Source: Eubacteriales bacterium (GTDB lineage: Bacteria > Bacillota > Clostridia > Oscillospirales > UBA644). From it: a stretch of 64,000 nucleotides of DNA. The position numbers and the translations under genes are program-made. Of the stretch, positions 29,688 through 38,127 are shown piece by piece. How positions within the stretch are numbered: the stretch's first letter is position 1; each line of letters opens with the position of its first letter. The stretch covers positions 518 through 64,517 of the forward strand of contig JAZUMQ010000049.1 in assembly GCA_045603745.1 (NCBI GenBank), in the 5' to 3' direction. Under the pieces are notes generated by a model. The model searched no databases, was not told the origin of the DNA, and was given only the letters and a program-made list of their open reading frames with translations.

Positions 29688-30851
29688 TCAGTGAATTACG
29701 CGAACGCGAATGACACCTTCCAAAGCTTTCATTGCCTCCACCGCATGTTCGGAGACGTGGGTATTGGTATCAATGATGGTATAAGCGTAATTGCCTTTGC
29801 TCTTGTTCAACAGGTTTTCAATATTGACCCCTTCGGCGGCAAGAAGCGTCGTCATCTGGGCAATCATGTTTTGTTGATTGAGGTGATGAATGGCGATTCG
29901 CATGGCACCGGCACGGGGGCAGGAGCAAGCGGGGTAGTTGACGCTGTTAACGATGTTGCCGTTTTCAATGTAGTCCACCAACTGCTTGGCAGCCATAACG
30001 GCACAGTTGTCTTCCGCTTCGGGGGTAGAAGCTCCGAGGTGGGGGATACAAACAATATTTTCCTCTCCGATGAGGGCATCGTTTGGGAAATCGGTCACGT
30101 AGCGAGAAACTTTACCGGACTTGGTAGCGGCAAGAATGGCGGCGTTATCGACCAATTCACCCCGAGCGGCGTTGATAATAACGACACCGTCCTTCATCTT
30201 GGCGATCATGTCGTCGTTAATGAATCCTTTGTTATCCTTCAACAGAGGAACGTGCAGGGTGATATAATCGGAAGTTTTGATCAGTGTATCCAGATCGTTA
30301 ACCCGAACCACGTGGCGGGACATAGACAAAGCGCTTTCGACGGACAGATAAGGGTCATAACCGACGACTTCCATACCAAGAGCGATGGCTGCGTTGGCAA
30401 CGCGAGCTCCGATGGCACCAAGACCGATGATTCCCAGAGTTTTTCCGGTAATTTCGGGGCCGACAAACTGGCTCTTTCCTTTTTCTACCAATTTACCGAC
30501 TTCGTCGCCCTTCCCTTTCAGGGTTTTGACCCAATCCATAGATTCGGCAATTTTCCGAGAACCGAGAAGAAGGGCAGCCATGACCAATTCCTTTACGGCG
30601 TTGGCATTCGCACCGGGGGTGTTGAATACAACGACACCCTGTTCCGCATATTTATCACAGGGAATGTTGTTGGTACCGGCACCGGCTCGGGCAACGGCGA
30701 TTACGTCGGCGGGAAGATCGTATTCGTGCATATTAAAGGAACGCAGCATAATCCCAACAGGATTTGCAACGTCGCTTCCTACGGTATAAGTATCGTCAAA
30801 AGCCACGTCAGCCTTAGGGCTGATGGCGTTGAGTGTAAGGATATTTTTCAT
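29688..30851 (-). CDS. serA: D-3-phosphoglycerate dehydrogenase with C-terminal ACT domain
   Basis: 387 aa. Rossmann motif GIIGLGAIGARVA, a 2-hydroxyacid dehydrogenase core, an ACT-like tail, and adjacency to serC. Confidence 0.85.
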   Translation of the reverse strand: MKNILTLNAISPKADVAFDDTYTVGSDVANPVGIMLRSFNMHEYDLPADVIAVARAGAGTNNIPCDKYAEQGVVVFNTPGANANAVKELVMAALLLGSRKIAESMDWVKTLKGKGDEVGKLVEKGKSQFVGPEITGKTLGIIGLGAIGARVANAAIALGMEVVGYDPYLSVESALSMSRHVVRVNDLDTLIKTSDYITLHVPLLKDNKGFINDDMIAKMKDGVVIINAARGELVDNAAILAATKSGKVSRYVTDFPNDALIGEENIVCIPHLGASTPEAEDNCAVMAAKQLVDYIENGNIVNSVNYPACSCPRAGAMRIAIHHLNQQNMIAQMTTLLAAEGVNIENLLNKSKGNYAYTIIDTNTHVSEHAVEAMKALEGVIRVRVIH

Positions 30852-30854
30852 GGT

Positions 30855-31931
30855 TTATTTGTTCTCCATTTCAAATTTCTTCATAAACTCAATGAGGGCT
30901 TTGACCCCATCAACGGGCATAGAATTGTAAATGGAAGCCCGCATACCGCCGACAAGACGGTGTCCCTTCAAAGAAACCAGACCGGCGGCGGCGGCTTCTT
31001 TGACGAACTTAGCGTCCATTTCTTCCGAACCCGTGACAAAAGGAACGTTCATAATCGAACGGTCTTTCACCTCAACAGGGTTGGTATAGAAAGAGGAATT
31101 GTCGATAAAATCATAAAGAAGACCGGCTTTGTATTCGTTGATCTTCTGCATTTCCGCAACACCGCCCATTTTCTTCAGCCAACGGAACATGAGCATAGAC
31201 ATGTAAATACCGTAACAGGGAGGCGTGTTGTACAGGCTGTTTTCCTTAGCCTGAACGGAATATTTCAGCATGGTGGGGCAGCAAGCCAAGGGCTCCTGAT
31301 CGTCCACCAGGTCCTTGCGAACGATAACCAAGGTTACTCCGGCAGGGGCAATATTTTTCTGAGCACCGGCGTAAATGACACCGAATTTGGAAACGTCCAC
31401 GGGTTCGCTGAGGATATTGGAACTCATATCAGCAACCAAACAATCCACTTCGGGGAACTTATTATATTTTGTTCCGAAGATGGTATTATTGGACGTAATA
31501 TGAACGTAATCGATTCCGTCACGGAAGGAAATCTTATCTACGTCGGGAATGTAGGTAAAATTCTTGTCCTTAGAAGAGGCGGCGATTGCAGCATCACCGT
31601 AAATTGTAGCCTCTTTTTGGGCCTTCCCCGCAAAGTTACCGGTTACGATGTAATCGGCCTTCTTGTTCTTCATCAGATTCAGAGGAACGGCGGCAAACTG
31701 CTGGCTTGCACCGCCCTGAACGAACAGGACGTAATAGTTGTCAGGGATATTCATCAATTCACGGAGTAATGACTGCGCTTCATCGTTCACTGCCTGAAAG
31801 GGTTTAGATCGGTGAGACATCTCCACGACGCTCATTCCGGTGCCGTTGTAGTCCAGCATTTCTTTCTGGCACTGCTCCAGCACTTCGAGAGGAAGGGTAG
31901 AAGGTCCGGCTGCGAAATTGTAAACTCTCAT
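30855..31931 (-). CDS. serC: phosphoserine aminotransferase
   Basis: MRVYNFAAGPSTLPLEVL...GMSVVEMSHRSK is the SerC N-terminus. ATG 31931 follows AGGAGA; the track start at 32003 was trimmed. Confidence 0.88.
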   Translation of the reverse strand: MRVYNFAAGPSTLPLEVLEQCQKEMLDYNGTGMSVVEMSHRSKPFQAVNDEAQSLLRELMNIPDNYYVLFVQGGASQQFAAVPLNLMKNKKADYIVTGNFAGKAQKEATIYGDAAIAASSKDKNFTYIPDVDKISFRDGIDYVHITSNNTIFGTKYNKFPEVDCLVADMSSNILSEPVDVSKFGVIYAGAQKNIAPAGVTLVIVRKDLVDDQEPLACCPTMLKYSVQAKENSLYNTPPCYGIYMSMLMFRWLKKMGGVAEMQKINEYKAGLLYDFIDNSSFYTNPVEVKDRSIMNVPFVTGSEEMDAKFVKEAAAAGLVSLKGHRLVGGMRASIYNSMPVDGVKALIEFMKKFEMENK

Positions 31932-32188
31932 ATCATTTCTCCTTTTCTGCCTTGCGGCAATCAATAATAGATTGATTATACACCCAAATGCAAAAAAATG
32001 CAAGTGGGTTGAGAGAAAAGTAATAATTTTGTAAAAATTAGGGCATTTTTCCGGAGAAAAGATGTATTTTTTTCATTCATTATGCAAAAATTCTGCATTT
32101 TATATTTTTTTAACATCATTTTGAATTCGTATAAATTTCAATTTTATGTTATTATGATAACAAACAAATACCTAAGGAGATGGAAACA

Positions 32189-32383
32189 ATGAAAGGAAAC
32201 TATTACCAACCTTTTTCTTTAAGAATTTCGGAAGAAATGCACTACAAACTTCGGGTCATCGCCGATGCACATAAGAGATCGGAAAATAAGGAAATCGAAT
32301 TTGTATTGGGCGAATACATCAAACAATACGAGAAAGAACATGGGATTATTCCGGAAGAACCCATAACAGGTGACGAAACTTGA
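32189..32383 (+). CDS. ribbon-helix-helix (Arc/MetJ-like) small DNA-binding protein
   Basis: 64 aa. The YQPFSLRISEEMHYKLRVIADAHKRSENKEIEFVL pattern is beta strand-helix-helix. The second ATG was chosen because AAGGAG abuts the first. Confidence 0.6.
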   Translation: MKGNYYQPFSLRISEEMHYKLRVIADAHKRSENKEIEFVLGEYIKQYEKEHGIIPEEPITGDET

Positions 32384-32703
32384 GTCGCAAGTGGATTCAA
32401 AATGTTTGCATCGTTCTGGTCTTTTTCTTGGGATTTGTAACGGTAATTATCCTCGGCGCAAACCAAGGCACAAAAAACTTCACCCCTGCAACCAATGGAA
32501 TTCCACTGAGCGAAAAAATCTCTTGGGAAGACGCTCTGCCTGACCCTTCGGAAGATCCGACAGTATACGTAACAAAAAGCGGAACGAAATATCATTTATC
32601 TTCCGACTGCTCCGGACTATCCCGGGCAAAGGAAATAATCGAAACGACCCGTTCTACCGCAATAGAAGAGGGAAAAGACCTTTGCAAGATCTGTGAAGAA
32701 TAA
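32380..32703 (+). CDS. membrane-anchored protein with C-terminal His/Cys motif (YH-x4-C ... C-x2-C)
   Basis: 107 aa. Its TTG start overlaps the upstream TGA. An N-terminal TM segment is followed by VYVTKSGTKYHLSSDCSGL...GKDLCKICEE. Confidence 0.55.
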   Translation: MSRKWIQNVCIVLVFFLGFVTVIILGANQGTKNFTPATNGIPLSEKISWEDALPDPSEDPTVYVTKSGTKYHLSSDCSGLSRAKEIIETTRSTAIEEGKDLCKICEE

Positions 32704-32736
32704 CATCTCCCCTTCTTTGATATAAATAAAACACCA

Positions 32737-32760
32737 AGGGGGCAGAACCATCTGCCCCCT
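32737..32760. terminator. bidirectional hairpin terminator
   Basis: AGGGGGCAGA-acca-TCTGCCCCCT. On the minus strand it is followed by TGGTGTTTTATTTAT. Confidence 0.6.
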
Positions 32761-33194
32761 GTATTACTTATTAATTTACCGAATCAAACGACGTTATAAG
32801 ATTTCGCCGCTTTGAATTAGCACATTGGACTGTACCTCATTTCAAAAATTCGGGTTTGCCGGATCGTCCGGACCATCGCACGGTTTGTGCGAAGAAAAAA
32901 CTACTTCATTGGTCTCAAGCCTCGTAAAGAAGTGATTTTTCATTGGGCAGGAATCACGAACCTTTTGTTCGGATCCCCAACTCATTCGGTCTGAAGCTTC
33001 ATGAACTTCTGCAGATTCATACTCCGTTTCCTTTCTCCGTTAAGGGAAGGGCGTGGGTGAGTATTTCAAGGGACGCTCCGCAATTTACGGACGCGACCCG
33101 ATTTACTTTTTCGGAATTTTCATCTTTCGTTCTCCTTCCGGGGAAACGATCGGTTTTATCGAGAGAATGTTTTCGATTTTGGGAAACCGCAACC

Positions 33195-33251
33195 CTTTGT
33201 CACGGCACCCAACTCAGATATTGGGACTTCTCATGATCCGGTTCTCCTTTC
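33195..33251 (-). repeat. copy B of ~57-nt imperfect direct repeat (SD + MRSPNI micro-ORF 33234-33214)
   Basis: CTTTGTCACGGCACCCAACTCAGATATTGGGACTTCTCATGATCCGGTTCTCCTTTC compared with copy A; roughly 80% identity by eye. Confidence 0.7.
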
Positions 33252-33290
33252 GGGGAATCCATGGGAGTAATTTTTTTCGGGACACCGGGC

Positions 33291-33350
33291 ACCTTGCCAC
33301 GGCAACCCAAATCAGATATTCGGACTTCTCATACTCCTGATCTCCTTTTC
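33291..33350 (-). repeat. copy A of ~57-nt imperfect direct repeat (SD + MRSPNI micro-ORF 33332-33312)
   Basis: CCTTGCCACGGCAACCCAAATCAGATATTCGGACTTCTCATACTCCTGATCTCCTTTTC. The micro-ORF differs from copy B by one synonymous base. Confidence 0.7.
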
Positions 33351-33437
33351 CAAGAAAGCAACTCTTCCGGCCGGCGTTGTCCATTCGACACGATGATGAG
33401 GATTTCCTCTGACCGGGGTTCTCTTCTTTGTGGTTTT

Positions 33438-33466
33438 ATTATAGCATACTTTTCTCTGGTTGTCAA
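33438..33466 (-). promoter_or_regulatory. near-consensus sigma-A promoter driving the ORF-less unit
   Basis: Minus strand: TTGACA (33466-33461), 17-nt spacer, TGcTATAAT (33446-33438). Confidence 0.7.
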
Positions 33467-33546
33467 TAGGTTTTTTGCAACTTCTTATATGTTGTACACA
33501 AAAGTTATAATAATCTTTTAAAATTTCGGTCAATATAAACAATAAT

Positions 33547-33596
33547 AAACCACTCCGAAACGAAATTCCGCTCCGGAGTGGTTTCATTTTATTTTG
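33547..33596. terminator. terminator after the SGNH hydrolase gene (bidirectional hairpin)
   Basis: AAACCACTCCG (33547-33557) / CGGAGTGGTTT (33574-33584), with T-rich sequence on both sides. Confidence 0.7.
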
Positions 33597-34217
33597 TTAA
33601 TTCAGAAGTTCGCGAAGATTCGGAAGAATAGCCTCCGCCAAAAGATCGTAGCCTTCCTTGAAAAAGTGAACCCCTCCCCCATCTTGCAAATTCGAGTGTA
33701 TTTCGGAAGGAGTATATAGGTCGAACACGGGACACCCCAATTTTTCCGCCACAGTACGAGCAGATTGATTCCGCGCCTGAACCCGTCGATTTCGTTCTGT
33801 ATCAGAAACGCGGGTGGTGAGAACTACGGCAACCGAAACGTTCAATCGATCCCGGATCGCCACAATCAACTTTTCCAGCAGTTTGGGGTAGTCGGAATCA
33901 TCTTTCAAATGCCAGCCGTGAAGTCCGTTATTCAAAAGAATCAAATTTGGCTGATGAACTTGACGGAACATCAAATCCAGCGTGGGAAGAAAGTAGGGAT
34001 TATCCAAAGCTTTGGACGTGGCAAGAGCATCGATATAAAACTCATTTTCCACCATTTTTTGCAACGAAGGACGGATACCGTCCCACGAGATGGAATCTCC
34101 GATATAGAAAACCCGCTTTGCGTCAAAGTTTTCCGTATGGGCGATCCACGTCCGATCCCATTCGTAACACTCCAAGGGAACCGAGGTTTCTTTATACTGA
34201 TAGGTCGAATCGCTCAT
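33597..34217 (-). CDS. SGNH/GDSL-family hydrolase
   Basis: 206 aa. Block I FYIGDSIS, block III LNNGLHGW and a C-terminal D..H-like region. Confidence 0.7.
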   Translation of the reverse strand: MSDSTYQYKETSVPLECYEWDRTWIAHTENFDAKRVFYIGDSISWDGIRPSLQKMVENEFYIDALATSKALDNPYFLPTLDLMFRQVHQPNLILLNNGLHGWHLKDDSDYPKLLEKLIVAIRDRLNVSVAVVLTTRVSDTERNRRVQARNQSARTVAEKLGCPVFDLYTPSEIHSNLQDGGGVHFFKEGYDLLAEAILPNLRELLN

Positions 34218-34220
34218 GGC

Positions 34221-36026
34221 TTATTTCTTATAAAGAGGTCCGTAGGTCTGACAAGCCCGATAATCCTGTCCTTCCTTATCCATACCGAAAGCGTTCCAAG
34301 CGGCGGGACGGAAGATTTCGGATTCAGGAACATTGTGCATACAAACGGGAATCCGGAGCATAGAGCACATGGTGATCAAATCCGCACCGATATGACCGTA
34401 AGAGATAGCACCGTGATTAGCGCCCCAGTTGTTCATCACGTCGTAAGCGGTGCAGAAGGGGCTTCCTTCTTTCCCGTCACAACGGGGAGCAAACCAAGTG
34501 CAGGGCCAGGTGGGATTGGTGCGTTCCATTAACGTATCGGAAACTTCGTCGGGCAGGTTGACCGTCCAACCTTCGGCAATTTGCAACACAGGTCCTAAGC
34601 CCTTGACAAGATTCAGACGGATCATGGTGCAGGGCATTTCGGCACGGGTGGTAAAGTGGCTGGAGAATCCGCCGCCCCGGAAATTGTCGAAACCGGCTTC
34701 GCACCAAACGGTAGCGTCGGTCATCTTCTGAATATCTTCGTCGGTGACTTCCCACCATTTTCTCATGATGGCGTTACCATTTTCATCTTTACATTCTCCG
34801 CAAGCGTCCAGGCAAGCGGCACCGGAATTGAGAAGGTGAATAATTCCGCCGTTTTCTTTGGCTTTTCCTTCCAAATCATAGCCGGTAACCCGCTTAGTGG
34901 CTTCGGGGGACCAATAGGTACGAACATCGGCGAAAATCTGTGCCCGATGGGTCAAAAGCCGCATAAAGAGCATTCCCAAGCCGTTAAGAACGTCGTTTTC
35001 AGTGGCAAGGGTGTAGGGTTCCCGTGCGCCTTCGTAGTCAAACGTAGAACTGAGCAGCGCTTCGGGATAGTCGCAGTTGGGCCAGTGGTCGGTCCACTGA
35101 CGCTGACCTTGGAATCCGCCAACGATGGCATTATGCCCGACCATTTCTTCTTCAAATCCTTCGGGGAGATTGGGGTTACCCGCCATCAAATCTTTGATGA
35201 TGCAATACATCTTAACGGTGAATTCCCATTGCTTTTCTTTCTGTTCGTCGGAGAACTTCACACATTCCGGATTATCGTCTCTCCCCTCTTTGCAATGTTC
35301 TTTCGTCCATGCAAGAGCCTTTTGATATTCTTCTTCGTTGTAAATGCCTTCTTCCATGCGGCGAAGAATTTCCACTTCGTCCACGGATTCGACTCTCATA
35401 CCAAGATAAGATTCGACGAAATCCTGATCCATGATCGAACCGCCGATTCCCATACACTGAGAACCGATCTGCAAGTAAGATTTTCCGCGCATAGTTGCAA
35501 CGGCAACGGCGGCTCTACCGAAGCGGAGCAGTTTCTCTTTCACGTCTTCAGGAATCTCCGTAACCTGATCCCGATCCTGAACTTCGTGACCGTAAATGCC
35601 GAAAGCGGGGAGTCCTTTTTGAGCGTGCGATGCAAGCACGGCGGCAAGATAAACGGCACCGGGACGTTCCGTACCGTTGAATCCCCAAACACCTTTGATG
35701 GTGTTGGGATCCATATCCATGGTTTCCGAACCGTAGCACCAGCAGGGAGTAACGGACAGGGTAATGTCGACCCCTTCTTTCTTGAACTTGTCGGCACAAG
35801 CGGCGGCTTCGGGAACACGACCGATGGAAGAATCGGCAATGACAACCTTAACCGGGTCTCCATTGGAGTAAAAAAGATTTTCCTCAAAAAGTTTTTTTGC
35901 AGCTTCGGCAAGACCCATGACCTGGCCTTCCAAGCTTTCACGAAGTTTCAACGGTCCCCGACGACCGTCAACAATGGGACGGATTCCGATTACAGGGTAA
36001 GAACCAACGTATCTGTTTTTTGCCAT
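34221..36026 (-). CDS. fucI: L-fucose isomerase
   Basis: 601 aa from ATG 36026 (SD GGAGG). [12 protein letters not shown]..., [15 protein letters not shown] and length are typical of FucI. The track start at 36077 was trimmed. Confidence 0.88.
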   Translation of the reverse strand: MAKNRYVGSYPVIGIRPIVDGRRGPLKLRESLEGQVMGLAEAAKKLFEENLFYSNGDPVKVVIADSSIGRVPEAAACADKFKKEGVDITLSVTPCWCYGSETMDMDPNTIKGVWGFNGTERPGAVYLAAVLASHAQKGLPAFGIYGHEVQDRDQVTEIPEDVKEKLLRFGRAAVAVATMRGKSYLQIGSQCMGIGGSIMDQDFVESYLGMRVESVDEVEILRRMEEGIYNEEEYQKALAWTKEHCKEGRDDNPECVKFSDEQKEKQWEFTVKMYCIIKDLMAGNPNLPEGFEEEMVGHNAIVGGFQGQRQWTDHWPNCDYPEALLSSTFDYEGAREPYTLATENDVLNGLGMLFMRLLTHRAQIFADVRTYWSPEATKRVTGYDLEGKAKENGGIIHLLNSGAACLDACGECKDENGNAIMRKWWEVTDEDIQKMTDATVWCEAGFDNFRGGGFSSHFTTRAEMPCTMIRLNLVKGLGPVLQIAEGWTVNLPDEVSDTLMERTNPTWPCTWFAPRCDGKEGSPFCTAYDVMNNWGANHGAISYGHIGADLITMCSMLRIPVCMHNVPESEIFRPAAWNAFGMDKEGQDYRACQTYGPLYKK

Positions 36027-36070
36027 AACACATACCTCCGATGTTTTTTTCTTTAATATAATTATACCGC

Positions 36071-36099
36071 TTGACAAATGGTTTGTCTTGTATTATAAT
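36071..36099 (+). promoter_or_regulatory. sigma-A promoter of the AraC-family regulator
   Basis: TTGACA (36071-36076), 17-nt spacer, TATAAT (36094-36099). Confidence 0.65.
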
Positions 36100-36194
36100 A
36101 AGGGTAAAGTATAACAATTTCCGGATTTTTTTGCAAAAAAGGTCCTATTTTACCCTTTTGACGAAATTTTTTCCGGAATCAACCGGGAGTTTTT

Positions 36195-37028
36195 ATGATT
36201 TTTCATCTTTGCAGAGAGACTATTTCCCACAAAACAGAACAATTTCCCATGGCGTTTTATTCTGTAGACGAGAATCACCCTCGCTATCAGATGATACACC
36301 ATTGGCACCCGGAAACGGAACTTGTAACGGTACGACGAGGAAAATTAAGCCTGTCTATTGACGGAACTTCCGTAGAATTAACAGAAGGGCAATTCATTTT
36401 GATTCCTTCCGGAACGGTACATAGCGGAATTCCTGTAAAGTGTCATTACGAATGTGTGGTTTTTGACCGAAGATCCATTTTAAATCTTCTGAAAGGTCCG
36501 TGTTATCCCCAGATAAAACAATTTTTTACAACGCCGCGAATCTTATCCGGCACAACGGAATTGGACCGATGGTTTCAAGCCTTGCGAAATCCGGAATTTG
36601 GATTTGAAGCGGAAGTATTGAGCGCCCTCTACAAGCTGATTGCAAAATGGTTAAAAGATTCTCAGCACAACACGATGGAGCTCCCCCAGAGAAAGCCCAG
36701 ACTGATTCCCTTTGAACGGGCAGTATTGTATCTGCAAGAACATTTTTCAGAACAGATCTCGCTAAAAGACATCGCAAACGCAGCGGAACTGAGCGAAAAA
36801 TACTTCGGAGAATATTTCAAGAACGTCACCGGAGAAACCCCCATACAATATCTGAACAAATACCGAATCGAAAAATCGGCGGAGGCCCTGAGAGAAGATG
36901 AAAAATCCATCACCGAAATTGCCTTGGAATGCGGATTTAACGATTTGAGCTATTTTATCAAAACCTTTAGAAAACATTACGGTACGTCCCCGGGAAATTA
37001 CCGAAAGCAGAAAAAGAACGAACCGTAG
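36195..37028 (+). CDS. AraC-family transcriptional regulator (cupin + HTH), divergent from fucI
   Basis: 277 aa. The C-terminal AraC HTH contains SLKDIANAAELSEKYFGEYFK...GFNDLSYFIKTFRKHYGTSP. Confidence 0.88.
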   Translation: MIFHLCRETISHKTEQFPMAFYSVDENHPRYQMIHHWHPETELVTVRRGKLSLSIDGTSVELTEGQFILIPSGTVHSGIPVKCHYECVVFDRRSILNLLKGPCYPQIKQFFTTPRILSGTTELDRWFQALRNPEFGFEAEVLSALYKLIAKWLKDSQHNTMELPQRKPRLIPFERAVLYLQEHFSEQISLKDIANAAELSEKYFGEYFKNVTGETPIQYLNKYRIEKSAEALREDEKSITEIALECGFNDLSYFIKTFRKHYGTSPGNYRKQKKNEP

Positions 37029-37276
37029 TATTAACGGTTATGAAATTACTTCAAACCGAAGCGGAATGTTACGACGGGATAGAGAAAAAACGACCTCTAT
37101 CCCGTTTTTTCGCAGTTTTAAAGGGATTTCACAAAAAGTTTCATACCATTTCGGTTTATTTTCACACATTTTGAGAAAAAGTATGTTATAATAGACCCAA
37201 CGCAGGAATGCAGATTTCCTGCATTCACTGCATGAACACATCACACAAAAAAAATCACACAACAGGAGTGTCCGCC

Positions 37277-37489
37277 ATGCAGTATCAAAAGATCAGAGAT
37301 CTTCGGGAAGACCACGATCTCACACAAACAGACATCGCCCAGATCCTCAGTTGTTCTCAGGTTTGCTATTCTCGTTACGAGTTAGGTGCCAGAGACATTC
37401 CCACCGACGTGCTGATTCGCCTGTCGAATTTCTATAACGTTTCGGTGGACTACCTGCTCGGTCAGAGTGAGAATCCCAAAAGACGATGA
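37277..37489 (+). CDS. XRE-family helix-turn-helix transcriptional regulator
   Basis: 70 aa from ATG 37277 (SD AGGAG). IRDLREDHDLTQTDIAQILSCSQVCYSRYELG is the Cro/C1 HTH. Confidence 0.85.
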   Translation: MQYQKIRDLREDHDLTQTDIAQILSCSQVCYSRYELGARDIPTDVLIRLSNFYNVSVDYLLGQSENPKRR

Positions 37490-37496
37490 AACGAAA

Positions 37497-37531
37497 GGAC
37501 CTGCAGTTGCGTTCTGCAGGTCTTTTGTTTT
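37497..37531 (+). terminator. rho-independent terminator after the XRE gene
   Basis: GGACCTGCAG...CTGCAGGTC followed by TTTTGTTTT. Confidence 0.75.
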
Positions 37532-37545
37532 CCAAAGGAGAATTT

Positions 37546-38013
37546 ATGAAGAACACTACCCTATGCTACATTTATCGCGGCGACGAAGTTTTGCTTTTGC
37601 ATCGAATCAAAAAGAAAAACGATCTGAACGAAGGAATGTGGATCGGCATCGGCGGTCATTTTGAAGAAAACGAATCCCCGGAAGAATGTGCCCTGCGGGA
37701 AGTCAAGGAAGAAACGGGATTGACCATGACCGACTACCGTTATCGGGGCATCGTCACCTTTGTATCCGACAGATACGAGGGAGAATATATGCATCTGTTC
37801 ACTGCCACAAAGACGTCCGGAACCTTAATATCGGATTGCAACGAAGGGGAACTTCAATGGGTCAAAAAAGAGGTTTTCGATACACTCCCCCAATGGGAAG
37901 GAGATAAAATATTCTTAAAATTACTCGATGAAAACGCACCTTTTTTCTCGCTAAAATTAGAGTATGAAGGAGATATATTAAAGAGAGCGACCCTCAACGG
38001 AACCGTTTTATAA
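37546..38013 (+). CDS. NUDIX hydrolase (MutT/8-oxo-dGTPase-like)
   Basis: 155 aa from ATG 37546 (SD AAAGGAG). Nudix box GGHFEENESPEECALREVKEETGL. Confidence 0.85.
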   Translation: MKNTTLCYIYRGDEVLLLHRIKKKNDLNEGMWIGIGGHFEENESPEECALREVKEETGLTMTDYRYRGIVTFVSDRYEGEYMHLFTATKTSGTLISDCNEGELQWVKKEVFDTLPQWEGDKIFLKLLDENAPFFSLKLEYEGDILKRATLNGTVL

Positions 38014-38052
38014 ATACAGTATTTGAAATGTAAAATTTAACAGTTAAAAATA

Positions 38053-38101
38053 TGCAGAATACGGCACGAGAAAAATCTCACGCTATATTCTGCACTTTTT
38101 T
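38053..38101. terminator. bidirectional terminator between the NUDIX gene and rsmG
   Basis: TGCAGAATA...TATTCTGCA followed by CTTTTTTT. Confidence 0.55.
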
Positions 38102-38127
38102 GCACTTTATTTTGAATTTTACATTTT

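Larger units (their letters stand above)
32761..33431 (-). ncRNA. candidate ~0.7 kb non-coding (or micro-ORF-bearing) transcript, class unknown
   Basis: It is bounded by a near-consensus promoter (33438-33466) and a terminator (32737-32760). No ORF longer than 12 codons starts inside, and it contains four SD+ATG micro-ORFs and several GC hairpins. Confidence 0.35.

Noticed and set aside
29664-31769. 701-aa plus-strand ORF, the longest antisense ORF in the window.
   Set aside because: It spans serA, the serA-serC junction and most of serC on the opposite strand. Both minus-strand genes have clear family motifs. The long mirror ORF reflects codon bias of the sense genes.
32790-32905. Strings resembling SAM-I (GUGCUAAUUC, CCGGCAAACCC) or c-di-GMP-I (GGCAAACC) riboswitch cores on the minus strand.
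   Set aside because: The other invariant elements (the GAGGGA kink-turn and P1 CUUAUC/GAUGAG for SAM-I, ACGCAAAGC for GEMM) are absent. The order does not fit, and no gene lies downstream.
33214-33332. GAGAAGUCC in the duplicated micro-ORF resembles the RNase P P4 strand (GAGGAAAGUCC).
   Set aside because: No other RNase P conserved regions were seen nearby. The match is too short and occurs twice as part of a repeat.
32943-33587. Track ORFs inside the ORF-less region (32943-33236, 33053-33340 and 33261-33521 on the plus strand; 33312-33587 on the minus strand).
   Set aside because: None has an SD or start context. The minus-strand ORF reads straight through the SGNH terminator hairpin and the -35/-10 boxes. 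The products are not protein-like. The region is better explained as non-coding.
34656-36056. 466-aa plus-strand ORF. Similar mirror ORFs occur at 33765-34532, 17877-18863, 47592-48296, 48485-49435, 49951-51030, 52359-53204, 54488-55096, 56619-57239, 62169-62885, 40027-40818, 22888-23616 and 7500-8138.
   Set aside because: All are antisense to genes with strong family signatures. They lack SD sequences and have skewed low-complexity composition.
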